Virus record (IMG/VR): IMGVR_UViG_3300025869_002060
Location: 124,001-188,000 of that record
Length of the DNA: 64,000 bases
Reading direction: 5' to 3' (one strand)
A program made the translations under genes and the position numbers. Positions 8,575-18,154 of this stretch are shown in pieces. Position 1 is the stretch's first letter, and each line of letters starts with the position of its first letter. The notes under the pieces are model-generated. The model had not been told where the DNA came from. It saw only the letters and a list, made by a program, of their open reading frames with translations, and did not search any database.

Positions 8575-8729
8575 AGTTAAAAGGTGCAATGACAGTCCTT
8601 AAGAAGGACATGGAGTTCTTAGGATTAACATTTGAAGAATTGTGTATCTTTATTGAACGTAATCCGTATGCTATGAAGAATAGCACTATTGATGCATACA
8701 CAGTTTATAAAACGCAGACGCAAGGATGA
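8571..8729 (+). CDS. Small hypothetical protein (52 aa)
   Basis: Read by eye: MKLKGAMTVLKKDMEFLGLTFEELCIFIERNPYAMKNSTIDAYTVYKTQTQG*; AGGAG SD. Confidence 0.6.
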   Translation: MKLKGAMTVLKKDMEFLGLTFEELCIFIERNPYAMKNSTIDAYTVYKTQTQG

Positions 8730-8884
8730 ACTGCTATCATTGTGGGACAGAATTAATTTGGGGTGGTGACCATGATTGTGATGAACACATGGAAGACTAT
8801 CTAATTGAAACAAATCTGTCATGTCCTAAGTGTAATAGTCTTGTAATAGTTTATTACCCAAAAGAAGAAGGAGAAGATGTTTGA
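8726..8884 (+). CDS. Small zinc-ribbon protein (52 aa)
   Basis: Read by eye: MNCYHCGTELIWGGDHDC...TNLSCPKCNSLVIVYYPKEEGEDV*; two CxxC motifs; ATGA overlap. Confidence 0.75.
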   Translation: MNCYHCGTELIWGGDHDCDEHMEDYLIETNLSCPKCNSLVIVYYPKEEGEDV

Positions 8885-9291
8885 CCCCTGTGCTTTACAT
8901 ATTAATGCGAACTGATCTGGACAGTATGAATCCAGGCAAAGCAATGGCACAAGCCAGTCATGCTAGTAATGCATTTGTTAACCACGATATGAACGTCAAC
9001 ACTATTATCGGTCACATCGCCAGCAACATGAGAGAGGACTGGAAACATCAGACTGAACAAGGGTTTGGTACTGTATTGGTATTAGGTGTAACAGAAAGTC
9101 AAATGCGAACCGCGGTCACAGTTGCAACAGTATCCAACTTTGTAAGTGGTATAGTACACGATCCAACCTATCCATTACGCGATGGTGACACCACACATTT
9201 TATTCCACTGGATACATGTGGTTATGTATTTGGTGACAAAGATGATCTATTGCTACAATCGATCTTGGGCAATTTTGAATTGCACTATTGA
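8881..9291 (+). CDS. Peptidyl-tRNA hydrolase type 2 (PTH2)-like protein
   Basis: YILMRTDLDSMNPGKAMAQASHA matches the PTH2 (M/L)xxGKxxAQxxHA signature. Confidence 0.7.
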   Translation: MTPVLYILMRTDLDSMNPGKAMAQASHASNAFVNHDMNVNTIIGHIASNMREDWKHQTEQGFGTVLVLGVTESQMRTAVTVATVSNFVSGIVHDPTYPLRDGDTTHFIPLDTCGYVFGDKDDLLLQSILGNFELHY

Positions 9292-9301
9292 GGAATAAGA
9301 A

Positions 9302-9895
9302 TTGAAAATTAAAAAGAAGATAATACTTACAGATGCAGATGGTGTATTGCTTAACTGGGAATATGCTTTTAACGTCTGGATGGACCAACATGGCTTTGAA
9401 GAATTGCCTGATGCAAAGTTTAATTATGATATGGGAGAACGATACGGTATTCCTAAATCGCAGGTTGCAAAGCTAGTCAGGATATTCAATGAGAGTGCCG
9501 CAATAGGCTTCTTACCAGCATTTAGAGATGCAATGTATTATGTGAAACGTTTACACGAAGAACATGGATACGAGTTTCATTGTATTACGAGTTTGAGTTT
9601 AGATGCTAATGCTTACAAGTTACGTAAAATGAATTTAGATAAATTGTTTGGCGAAGGTGCATTTACCAAACTGATCTGTTTAGATACTGGTGCTCCAAAG
9701 GACGAAGCATTATCTAAATACAAAGACAGCGAAATGTGGTGGCTTGAAGATAAGCCCGAGAATGCAGAAGCAGGTATTGCACAAGGACTAAAGCCTGTAC
9801 TGTTTGAGCATGGCCATAATATGAATTACCGCAATGACTTGATACCAATCGTAGATAGCTGGAAACAGTTTTATAAACTTGTTACCAAGAAGTAG
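9302..9895 (+). CDS. HAD-family 5'(3')-deoxyribonucleotidase
   Basis: ILTDADGVL motif I, CITS motif II, WWLEDKPEN motif IV. Confidence 0.8.
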   Translation: MKIKKKIILTDADGVLLNWEYAFNVWMDQHGFEELPDAKFNYDMGERYGIPKSQVAKLVRIFNESAAIGFLPAFRDAMYYVKRLHEEHGYEFHCITSLSLDANAYKLRKMNLDKLFGEGAFTKLICLDTGAPKDEALSKYKDSEMWWLEDKPENAEAGIAQGLKPVLFEHGHNMNYRNDLIPIVDSWKQFYKLVTKK

Positions 9896-9916
9896 TGTTC
9901 TATAACAGAACACTAC
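9892..9916. terminator. Hairpin between convergent genes
   Basis: GTAGTGTTCT-ATAAC-AGAACACTAC perfect 10-bp stem; no clear U-tract. Confidence 0.5.
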
Positions 9917-9935
9917 CTCCTCCTATGCTACATTA

Positions 9936-10697
9936 TCACAGATCTTTATAAAGTCTAAGAATCTCTGTTACGGCTGGATCACGTTGAATATCTGTACCTG
10001 TAAATTCTACTCCTGTAATATGGTCTAGTTTTCCATAATTGTCAACTAAACGTTTAAAATCTAATAGACCGTTCTCAGGATCTTTGCGATCCGCTTGTCT
10101 GGTATCTCCAGTGACAACAATCTTACTTCTTTCGCCTAAGCGGGTCAACAACATTTTCATTTGACCTGGGGTCGCGTTTTGCATTTCGTCTGCAATAATA
10201 TAGCTATTCTTAAATGTTCGACCTCGCATAAAAGCTAGTGGGGATATTTCCAATACAGAATCTTCTAGCATTTTATTGATTTGGGCTTTCGTGTAGTATT
10301 CTTGAATATAATCAAAAATTGGTCTAGTCCATGGAGCCATTTTTTCATTTAAGTCTCCTGGTAGGAACCCATGTTTCTCATCATCAACTCCCACAGCCGG
10401 GCGAGTAACTACGATTTTATTAAATTCTCCTTCTCGTAATAATTTTAGGGCTGTAATCACGGCAAGCATTGTTTTACCAGTGCCTGCTGGTCCTGTTGCA
10501 AAAACAATCTTGTTTGTTTCCGATTCTAACATATCTATATATGTTTCTTGTTTAAGACTTTTAGGAATAAGTGTGATTTTAGTCTTCTTTTGACGGTATC
10601 TGTCAAAATCAACTACATTCTGATCGAATGCTGGATGCTGATAGTTTTGTTTGGATTCGCGTTGTTTACGAGCGAGTGCTCTCTTTTTTCTAGACAA
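9936..10697 (-). CDS. phoH: PhoH-family ATPase
   Basis: GPAGTGKT, TRPAV, GFLPGDLNEKMAPW, FMRGRTF, IADEMQN, LTRLGERSK, GDTRQAD; TTG start with AGGAGG SD. Confidence 0.97.
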   Translation of the reverse strand: MSRKKRALARKQRESKQNYQHPAFDQNVVDFDRYRQKKTKITLIPKSLKQETYIDMLESETNKIVFATGPAGTGKTMLAVITALKLLREGEFNKIVVTRPAVGVDDEKHGFLPGDLNEKMAPWTRPIFDYIQEYYTKAQINKMLEDSVLEISPLAFMRGRTFKNSYIIADEMQNATPGQMKMLLTRLGERSKIVVTGDTRQADRKDPENGLLDFKRLVDNYGKLDHITGVEFTGTDIQRDPAVTEILRLYKDL

Positions 10698-10700
10698 TTT

Positions 10701-10802
10701 GTTAGCCTCCTATGCTTGTTATGGTGTCCACAGCTAGGAATCTTACATTGGTTGCTAAACTTATACGTGGACGTTAACAACCAGTGTAAGGTCTGTGTCC
10801 AC
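10701..10802 (-). ncRNA. Putative structured cis-regulatory leader of phoH
   Basis: 13-bp stem 10742-10754/10778-10790 (one mismatch on the mRNA strand), loop GUCCAC complementary to two GUGGAC copies, and an anti-SD hairpin; see findings. Confidence 0.55.
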
Positions 10803-10929
10803 TATTAATATTTAAACCTATGACATCAATCATAAAGTGTACATTTAAGATTGACCTTATCGAAGCTAATTATATGCCACATAAGATTTGTCCAAAGGTA
10901 AATACACTAAACAACAGAAGGTGCCCAAG

Positions 10930-11490
10930 ATGTCATCAGCCGCAGTATTACACGACATTATAGATAACGTCAAAAACATATATCAAAATTCAAGTAGTAT
11001 TAGTACACTTATGGATTTTGAACGTGTACTTGATACTCTTGACTTATATAGTTTTAAAAATTGGCAATCAGGTGAAATTGTTGAAGGTCCTATCTTTGAA
11101 AAGTATTTTGTTACTGTTACATTAATGTTTCCATATAGAAAAATGCCCGACCCCGACGGAGCACAACGTTTATTAGATTATGATTGTCATGTAAGATTTC
11201 GCAGGAGTGAACTTGAATCACCAGTTCAAGTTAAAGGTCCTGAAGATTACGAAGGTGGCACAAAGTATCCTAAAATGGAACGTTATCCAATTTGGTTAGT
11301 TGAAATTGTTATGACAAAATCATTGATGTCAGAAATTTCACGTGGTAGTGTTGAAATACAAGGTGATCAAATCAATGTTGAAGAATTAGAATCTGCTTAT
11401 GAACAAGGCGCTGACGAACAAGAGGTGTCAGGTGACGTTGTAGCAGACAATGATGCAACAGGTGACGAAGTAGGGAGTGAAGTAGCATAA
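10930..11490 (+). CDS. Conserved jumbo-phage hypothetical protein
   Basis: MDFERVLDTLDLYSFKNW...MPDPDGAQRL; ATG 10930 preferred because TAAATA at 10899 lies inside the track start. Confidence 0.75.
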   Translation: MSSAAVLHDIIDNVKNIYQNSSSISTLMDFERVLDTLDLYSFKNWQSGEIVEGPIFEKYFVTVTLMFPYRKMPDPDGAQRLLDYDCHVRFRRSELESPVQVKGPEDYEGGTKYPKMERYPIWLVEIVMTKSLMSEISRGSVEIQGDQINVEELESAYEQGADEQEVSGDVVADNDATGDEVGSEVA

Positions 11491-12044
11491 TGAATTACAA
11501 TCTACGAGAAGGTTTAGAAATAAACGATCTAAACAGAGGTTTAGTTGAAAAGACTGTACAGATTGACCGCTTCAAAAGTAAAATTGGTAGAGACGAAGAT
11601 GTCTGCGTAATGAATTTTCTAGTCAATGGAAAAGAACCTGCATTAGATTTAATGGGTTTTATTGAAAGAGGCTATGATTTTGTAATTGACTCAGATACAA
11701 GCCCAGGAGAAAACAAAGACGGTTCATATGAAGTATTTGTTGAAATGGATCGTGACGAAAAACTACACGAGAATATTTTAAAGATTATTTCCCAAGTATG
11801 TAACTTAACTGAAAACAAGGAAGAAGATTGGTCCTTTACATATCGTGGAAATTTTAAAGATGTGTCTCAACTAACTGCTGAATCTCTAGAAGAAAAAGTT
11901 CCATCAGACCCAAAGATATACAATGAAAAGTATGCTGATGAAGAAATTGCTAAACTAAAAGCAATGGCCCACTTGAAAGTGGATAGCAAGGCCCCCCAAA
12001 CAGAAGAGATGAATGCAATTAGAAGAGCCGCTGGTATAATTTAA
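11490..12044 (+). CDS. Conserved jumbo-phage hypothetical protein
   Basis: 184 aa ORF coupled by a TAATG overlap. Confidence 0.8.
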   Translation: MNYNLREGLEINDLNRGLVEKTVQIDRFKSKIGRDEDVCVMNFLVNGKEPALDLMGFIERGYDFVIDSDTSPGENKDGSYEVFVEMDRDEKLHENILKIISQVCNLTENKEEDWSFTYRGNFKDVSQLTAESLEEKVPSDPKIYNEKYADEEIAKLKAMAHLKVDSKAPQTEEMNAIRRAAGII

Positions 12045-12068
12045 TTATTATCATAAGGTGAACTAATT

Positions 12069-12896
12069 TTGGATTTTATTACTGTCGTATATGCAGATGA
12101 GATAGATATGCTCGTGACACAAGGTCGCAGTATAGATCTGTATGCTCCGGATATAGCAGAAAATATATTTGTAATTGTGAATGACGAAGAAAGTGTTAAC
12201 ATTGAAATTGATAAACTTTGGTGGGGAAGCCAACGTAGTCGAGTTCACATTCTAAATAGAAAACAGATTAGTTGTACTCCATATGGAACTGGTTGGGATA
12301 GCCAACAACTATGTAAACTGGTAACAGCAGGAATGAGTAAAGAAGATTATGTATTAATCTTTGATGCTAAAACTTGGTTTGTTAAACCATTTAATACTGC
12401 TGATATCTTTCCAGAACCAAATAAAATTAATGTTGCGATGCAAGAAATACAACCAGTATTTAAAACTGGTTGGGATTGGCTTGTAAAAGAATTTAACATA
12501 AAAGATCCAGGGTGTCAACCTGGTCCAGCTGGCGTTCCAGCAATAATGAAGCCTCAGGCTGTAAGGCAACTGTTTTCTTACATTGAAAACAAATACCATC
12601 AAAGTTTTAGAACTTGGTATAGAGAATATAGCTTAACTCCTACGTTCATCACCGAGTTCTTATTGTATGCAAGTTGGATCTATATGAGCGAGGGGTATTC
12701 GCAGTACACTGGAGAGCAACCTTGGAATCCAGTGAATATTGCTAGAGATGAGGGGAAACTGTTTAACCAGAAACTCAATGAAATGAAAAACGATAATACA
12801 TTAACTGCAAGTATACATGCAGATTGTAAATTATCAGCAAAACGTAAAAAAGAATGGAAGAGCTTTTTACAGGAAAAAGGCTTAACCCAGGAATAA
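12069..12896 (+). CDS. Putative glycosyltransferase-related protein (DUF6492-like)
   Basis: GWDSQQLCKL...YVLIFDAKTWFVKP resembles the GT-A-like DUF6492 pattern. Confidence 0.5.
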   Translation: MDFITVVYADEIDMLVTQGRSIDLYAPDIAENIFVIVNDEESVNIEIDKLWWGSQRSRVHILNRKQISCTPYGTGWDSQQLCKLVTAGMSKEDYVLIFDAKTWFVKPFNTADIFPEPNKINVAMQEIQPVFKTGWDWLVKEFNIKDPGCQPGPAGVPAIMKPQAVRQLFSYIENKYHQSFRTWYREYSLTPTFITEFLLYASWIYMSEGYSQYTGEQPWNPVNIARDEGKLFNQKLNEMKNDNTLTASIHADCKLSAKRKKEWKSFLQEKGLTQE

Positions 12897-12934
12897 ATAT
12901 GTGCATAGCACTAATAATATGAGGAAGTATCAAA

Positions 12935-13552
12935 ATGAACTTTGAATTTACAGAAGACCAACTGGACCAAATGGTACCTAGGTGTAAGCATACAGAAGAG
13001 CTTTACGAAGCACTATTAGATGTATGTCCCCGTTATGAAATTAACACTGAAGACCGTTTAGCGGCATTTGTTGCTCAGTGTGGTCATGAAAGTGCAGATT
13101 TTAATACACTTAAAGAAAATCTAAACTATTCTGGAGATGCATTATGTCGTGTGTGGCCTAGACATTTTGACCAAGACAATAAAGAGTTTTATCATCGTAA
13201 CCCAGAACGTATTGCAAATCGTGCATACCGTGATAGAATGGGAAACGGCAGTGAAGAAAGTGGTGACGGTTGGCGTTATAGAGGACGTGGTGCTATCCAA
13301 CTAACTGGTTGTCATAACTATACCAAGTTTGCTGATTACAACGAAATGGATGTTGGAGATGCTGTTGAGTATCTTGAAACTCTTAAAGGAGCAGTTGAAA
13401 GTGCGGCTTGGTATTGGCTAGAGCATGGATTAAATGAAATGGCTGACGACAGAGATAACACTAAAATGACAAAGAGAATCAATGGTGGAACACATGGCAT
13501 TGAGGATCGAAAAGAAAGACTCATCAGGAACCTAGAGGTTCTGTTAGGATAA
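12935..13552 (+). CDS. Glycoside hydrolase family 19 endolysin
   Basis: AAFVAQCGHES, ENLNYS, GDGWRYRGRGAIQLTG, AAWYW, TKRINGG. Confidence 0.93.
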   Translation: MNFEFTEDQLDQMVPRCKHTEELYEALLDVCPRYEINTEDRLAAFVAQCGHESADFNTLKENLNYSGDALCRVWPRHFDQDNKEFYHRNPERIANRAYRDRMGNGSEESGDGWRYRGRGAIQLTGCHNYTKFADYNEMDVGDAVEYLETLKGAVESAAWYWLEHGLNEMADDRDNTKMTKRINGGTHGIEDRKERLIRNLEVLLG

Positions 13553-13556
13553 AAAA

Positions 13557-14063
13557 ATGTTTGCGAGTATTGGATTAAAAATTGCAATAGGAATTGGTAT
13601 CATTGGAATTGCTGGTGGTGCGTGGTTCTATGTACAAAACCTACAATCTAAATTAGATTTAGCGGCAGAACGCCAGGCTAGAACAATGGATGTAGTTAAT
13701 TCTCAAGTGGCGGCACTAAACCAATTACAAGAAGATATTAAAAAAGTGCAACAAGTAACCAATACACTCAACGAGAAAATAGCAGAAGCAAACGCATCTG
13801 TAAGTAAACTTGACGATAAATTTAACAAGAATAGCTCAGGTAAGGCAAGAGATATCGGCAAGGATGCAGAAGCAAAACCCGAAGTAGTAGAGAAAATTAT
13901 AAACAGAGCAACTAAAGATGCAATTAGATGTGGTGAACTCCTTACCGGTGCACCACTTCTTCCTAAAGAAACTAACAGTCAATGTCCCGAGCTAACTGTA
14001 ACTAACTTTAAAAAAGAAGATAAAGCAGATAACAAGGAAGACATTAGGAAGTCAGTAAAATGA
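13557..14063 (+). CDS. Rz-like inner-membrane spanin (putative)
   Basis: N-terminal TM (IAIGIGIIGIAGGAWFYV) then long coiled coil, directly after the endolysin. Confidence 0.65.
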   Translation: MFASIGLKIAIGIGIIGIAGGAWFYVQNLQSKLDLAAERQARTMDVVNSQVAALNQLQEDIKKVQQVTNTLNEKIAEANASVSKLDDKFNKNSSGKARDIGKDAEAKPEVVEKIINRATKDAIRCGELLTGAPLLPKETNSQCPELTVTNFKKEDKADNKEDIRKSVK

Positions 14064-14419
14064 AAAAAATAATTTTAATTGGAGCACTGTTATTTGTAAT
14101 GACTGGTTGTTCTAGTATCAAAGAAACACTAGCAATTAAACCTGAGATTGTAGAGAGACCACCATTGGTACTTCCAGACTTAGTACCAGCAAAAGGATAT
14201 GACTTTAACTTTATTATTATTACAAAAGATAACTTTGATAAAAAACTTAAAGAATTAAAAGAAAGCGGAGTTGATGTTGTTTATTTTGCATTGACAGATG
14301 AAGGTTATAAAGCATTAAGTTTGAGCGTTGCAGAGCTAAGACGCTACATTGCACAACAGAATGCAACAATTCGTGCTTATAAAGAGTACTATCAACCCGA
14401 CGAACCTGCTAAAAAATAA
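14060..14419 (+). CDS. Rz1-like outer-membrane lipoprotein spanin (putative)
   Basis: Signal II with lipobox MTGC, Pro-rich segment, ATGA overlap with the i-spanin. Confidence 0.65.
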   Translation: MKKIILIGALLFVMTGCSSIKETLAIKPEIVERPPLVLPDLVPAKGYDFNFIIITKDNFDKKLKELKESGVDVVYFALTDEGYKALSLSVAELRRYIAQQNATIRAYKEYYQPDEPAKK

Positions 14420-14456
14420 TAAATACTAGTGTCAAATAGTTATATGAGGTTCAACA

Positions 14457-14858
14457 ATGTCAGAAGAGCAACAAGTCAAGAAGAAACTTGACTGGTGGTG
14501 GCACGCCCCCGAATACTTTAGTAGATGGAGATTATTTCCACGTGCTTTTATTAGCATGTATATCTACTTGCTTTATACTGTGGTAACATGGTTTATGGCA
14601 CTCGAAGATCCAAACATGAATCAAGCAGGTTTAGTATCAGTTGTGGTTGGTGCTGGTGCCGCATGGTTTGGATTATATGTTAACAGTGTTGGTAGCAACA
14701 AAGAATCAGAAAGTCCTTTGATGCGAGTTAATACAACGACATCAACAACTACAAGAACAGTTGAACCAGTATTTTCAGACGCAGACAGAAAAACAAAACC
14801 AAAGCCTAAACCTAAGGCAAAGCCATCGTCAAAGTCAAATAAATTTGATATTAAGTAA
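14457..14858 (+). CDS. Putative holin (two TM segments, basic tail)
   Basis: TM1 AFISMYIYLLYTVVTWFM, TM2 LVSVVVGAGAAWFGLYV, KP-rich C-terminus; position in the lysis cassette. Confidence 0.5.
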   Translation: MSEEQQVKKKLDWWWHAPEYFSRWRLFPRAFISMYIYLLYTVVTWFMALEDPNMNQAGLVSVVVGAGAAWFGLYVNSVGSNKESESPLMRVNTTTSTTTRTVEPVFSDADRKTKPKPKPKAKPSSKSNKFDIK

Positions 14859-14879
14859 CTATGCTTAAATAGATGTGCA

Positions 14880-15821
14880 ATGACACATTACCAAACGCTT
14901 GGCGTTCCGAATACAGCCAGTCCTGATGATATTAAGAAAGCATTCCGTGTATTAGCTGGAAAGCATCATCCTGATAAGGGCGGCGACGAAGAACAGTTCA
15001 AAAAAATTAATCAAGCACATGACGTACTAAAGAATCCTCAAACACGGAACCAGTACGATGCAGAGTTACAATTTGGCCATCAGGGTGGTCCTTTTCGTGC
15101 TGGCAGTGGAGCCAGAGGTCCTTTTGGTGGTAACTATGCTGGACCCGGAGGTGTACATTTTGGTTTTTCTAACGATGGCATGAATGCCGGAGGATTTGCT
15201 GATGGATCATTTCCTGAAGATATTGCTAACTTGTTTAGACAAATGCACGAAGGTCGCGATCCTAATCCTAACATGCACACAAAGCAAAGAGATAAACGCA
15301 ACAGAGATGTGCGTATCCGAATGAGTGTATCACTAGAGTCTTTGCTTGAAGTACAAAGTAAAACTATCAATGTACAAACCCCAGAAGGCCCAGGAGAAGC
15401 ATTGTATGTTACTATTCCAGTTTCAGCACGTAACGGAACTAAAATTAAGTATCCAGGTTTGGGAGACAACATGTTTAAGAGTATTCCCAGAGGTGACTTA
15501 TATATCGAAATAGCAGTTGACAACCATCCTAATTTTGTATATAATAATGATGACTTGCACACACAAATAGAAATAGATTCCTTCACCGCTGTTACAGGTG
15601 GCGAAAAAGAAATTGTAGGATTAGATGGTAATAGGTTTATGTTAAAGATACCTCCAGGTACACAACATGGAGCAAAATCACGAATACCAACACAAGGACT
15701 TTATAGGAATAATCATAAAGATACACGAGGTGACTTGTATATTATAACTAATGTTATAACTCCAACACTAACTGAGGAGCAAATACGCTCAGTAAAAGAC
15801 CTGGCTAAAAGTTTTAAATAA
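14880..15821 (+). CDS. dnaJ: DnaJ-class co-chaperone (class II/CbpA-like, no zinc finger)
   Basis: J-domain with HPD (KHHPDKGGD), G/F-rich linker, GDLY repeats in the C-terminal domain. Confidence 0.93.
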   Translation: MTHYQTLGVPNTASPDDIKKAFRVLAGKHHPDKGGDEEQFKKINQAHDVLKNPQTRNQYDAELQFGHQGGPFRAGSGARGPFGGNYAGPGGVHFGFSNDGMNAGGFADGSFPEDIANLFRQMHEGRDPNPNMHTKQRDKRNRDVRIRMSVSLESLLEVQSKTINVQTPEGPGEALYVTIPVSARNGTKIKYPGLGDNMFKSIPRGDLYIEIAVDNHPNFVYNNDDLHTQIEIDSFTAVTGGEKEIVGLDGNRFMLKIPPGTQHGAKSRIPTQGLYRNNHKDTRGDLYIITNVITPTLTEEQIRSVKDLAKSFK

Positions 15822-15847
15822 CTATAATTAACGAAAGAGATTGATAT

Positions 15848-18154
15848 ATGATACAAACCAATCCAGAGATTGAAAACATTGTACAACTAGCCACAAACTA
15901 TGCGGCAACAAATCAACACGAATATGTAACACTAGAGCATCTACTTTATGCTATTTGCAGTTATAAACCTTTTTATGATTTGTTAGAAATACAAAACACT
16001 GACACAGATGGTTTACTTGCAGACATTGATCATTATGTAAAAGCACAAGCACATCTTGTACCCAAGGAAATGAAGAAAGAAATCATTCCACGTAAAACAC
16101 ATGCACTTGAAAGAGTATTTAATCGTAGTTTTACACAGGTACTTTTCAGTGGACGTAGTCATGTACAAGTAATAGATTTGTTTCTGAGCATTGGACAAGA
16201 AAATAATAGCCATGCTGTTTATTTTATGGTCAAGTATGGTATAAATCGTGGAGAACTAGTTGACTTGTACAATGAACGCTGGAGTGGAATTACTACAAGA
16301 CAAGTAATGGCAGAAAGTCAAGCGGATCATGTATTAGCAGAGTTTTGTGATAACTTAAACAAACAAGCAGTTGATGGCAAAATTGATCCAGTTATTGGCA
16401 GAGATTTTGAGATTGAAGAAATTACCGAAGTACTAGCAAAACGTAACAAAAGTAATATATTAATGGTGGGCGATCCTGGTGTAGGTAAGACTGCTATTGC
16501 AGAAGGACTTGCTAAAAAGATTGTCGATAAGCAAGTGCCAGATTACTTGATTGACTTTACAGTATGGAATTTAGATATTAGTACATTACTTGCTGGAAGT
16601 AAGTATCGTGGAGAATTTGAAGAAAAACTACAAACAGTTATTAAAGCATTAAAAGCCAAGAAGAAAGTTATCCTGTTTATTGATGAAGCACACCAAATGC
16701 GTGGTGCTGGAGCAGGAAGCGGAAGCAGTGTTGACTTCTCTAATATGATTAAGCCAGCTATTAGTAAAGGTGAAATTAAAGTTGTTGCAAGTACAACATG
16801 GGAAGAATACAGCGAATCATTTGAAAAAGATCGTGCATTAATGCGTAGATTTTATCGTATGACAATTGAAGAACCTACGTCAGATGTAACAAAAGACATA
16901 CTACGTGGATTAAAGCCTTATTTTGAGGAGTTCCATAACGGTGAAATACATGACGATGCATTGGTTGCCGCAGTGGATCTAAGTGTGAGGTATCAAACTG
17001 ATAAGAAGTTGCCGGACAAAGCTATTGATTTAATTGACACAGCCTCAGCAAAAGTTAAACTTAAAAGAAGTAATTTTGTATTGCAACGCAAAGATATTAT
17101 TGAAGCAGTTAGCAAGGCAACTAAAATTCCAGTCGACCAACTAGGAACCGATCAAGGCAGTGTTGGTATTAGTAAACTTGAAGATCATATTAAGAGCAAA
17201 CTATTTGGTCAAGATCAAGTGGTTGATACATTGTTAGAAACTATCTATGTTAGCAAAGCCGGACTTAAAGCAATTAACAAGCCAATTGGTAGTTTTTTGT
17301 TTATTGGTCCTACAGGCACAGGTAAAACTGAACTAGCCAAATTAATAAGCGAACACATGAATATGAAATTGCTTAGATATGATATGAGTGAATACCAAGA
17401 GAAACACTCTGCCGCAAAACTAATTGGTGCACCTCCGGGTTATGTTGGGTATGATGATGCAAATCTTGGAGGAGGGTTATTAGTATCTGATATTGAGAAG
17501 AATCCTAACTGTATTATATTGTTTGACGAAATTGAAAAAGCACATAGAGATGTTAGTAATGTATTATTAGGATTATTAGATGAAGGTTCAGTTACTAGTT
17601 CAAATGGTAAGAAAGCAGACGCTCGTAATGCTATTATTATATTAACTTCAAACCTTGGAGCAACTGCTGGAGATCAGAATGCCATTGGCCTTGGTAGAGA
17701 TTTTGAAAAAGTTGGAGAAGACGATAAGGCTGTTAAACAATTCTTCAAACCTGAATTTAGAAACAGACTTGATGGAGTATGTAAGTTTAATAAACTTGAA
17801 ACAATGGCAATTAAAAAGATTATTTGCAAGTTTATCACTGAACTAAATGAATTACTTGTTGAGAAAGATCTAAAAATCCGTTTAACAGAAGAAGCAATTA
17901 AACATATTGCTGATGTTGGCTACGATCCTAAGATGGGAGCAAGACCATTACAGCGAACAATTAACAATCTTATTAAAATTCCGCTAAGTAAAAAGTTAAT
18001 ATTTGAATCAGTAGAGCCTAATCATATAATTATAGTTGATTACGTTAATGACGAGATTATTTTTAACGTTAAGTCTACAGAAGTAGACTTTGACCAACCT
18101 AAAGTGAACAACGATGGATACATCATACTGGATCAGTTTAAACCAAAAAGTTAA
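15848..18154 (+). CDS. clpA: ClpA-like Hsp100 ATPase
   Basis: Clp N-domain, two AAA+ modules (GDPGVGKT, FIDEAH; GPTGTGKT, LFDEIEK), IGL loop (NAIGLG), GARPL; no ClpB middle domain. Confidence 0.93.
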   Translation: MIQTNPEIENIVQLATNYAATNQHEYVTLEHLLYAICSYKPFYDLLEIQNTDTDGLLADIDHYVKAQAHLVPKEMKKEIIPRKTHALERVFNRSFTQVLFSGRSHVQVIDLFLSIGQENNSHAVYFMVKYGINRGELVDLYNERWSGITTRQVMAESQADHVLAEFCDNLNKQAVDGKIDPVIGRDFEIEEITEVLAKRNKSNILMVGDPGVGKTAIAEGLAKKIVDKQVPDYLIDFTVWNLDISTLLAGSKYRGEFEEKLQTVIKALKAKKKVILFIDEAHQMRGAGAGSGSSVDFSNMIKPAISKGEIKVVASTTWEEYSESFEKDRALMRRFYRMTIEEPTSDVTKDILRGLKPYFEEFHNGEIHDDALVAAVDLSVRYQTDKKLPDKAIDLIDTASAKVKLKRSNFVLQRKDIIEAVSKATKIPVDQLGTDQGSVGISKLEDHIKSKLFGQDQVVDTLLETIYVSKAGLKAINKPIGSFLFIGPTGTGKTELAKLISEHMNMKLLRYDMSEYQEKHSAAKLIGAPPGYVGYDDANLGGGLLVSDIEKNPNCIILFDEIEKAHRDVSNVLLGLLDEGSVTSSNGKKADARNAIIILTSNLGATAGDQNAIGLGRDFEKVGEDDKAVKQFFKPEFRNRLDGVCKFNKLETMAIKKIICKFITELNELLVEKDLKIRLTEEAIKHIADVGYDPKMGARPLQRTINNLIKIPLSKKLIFESVEPNHIIIVDYVNDEIIFNVKSTEVDFDQPKVNNDGYIILDQFKPKS

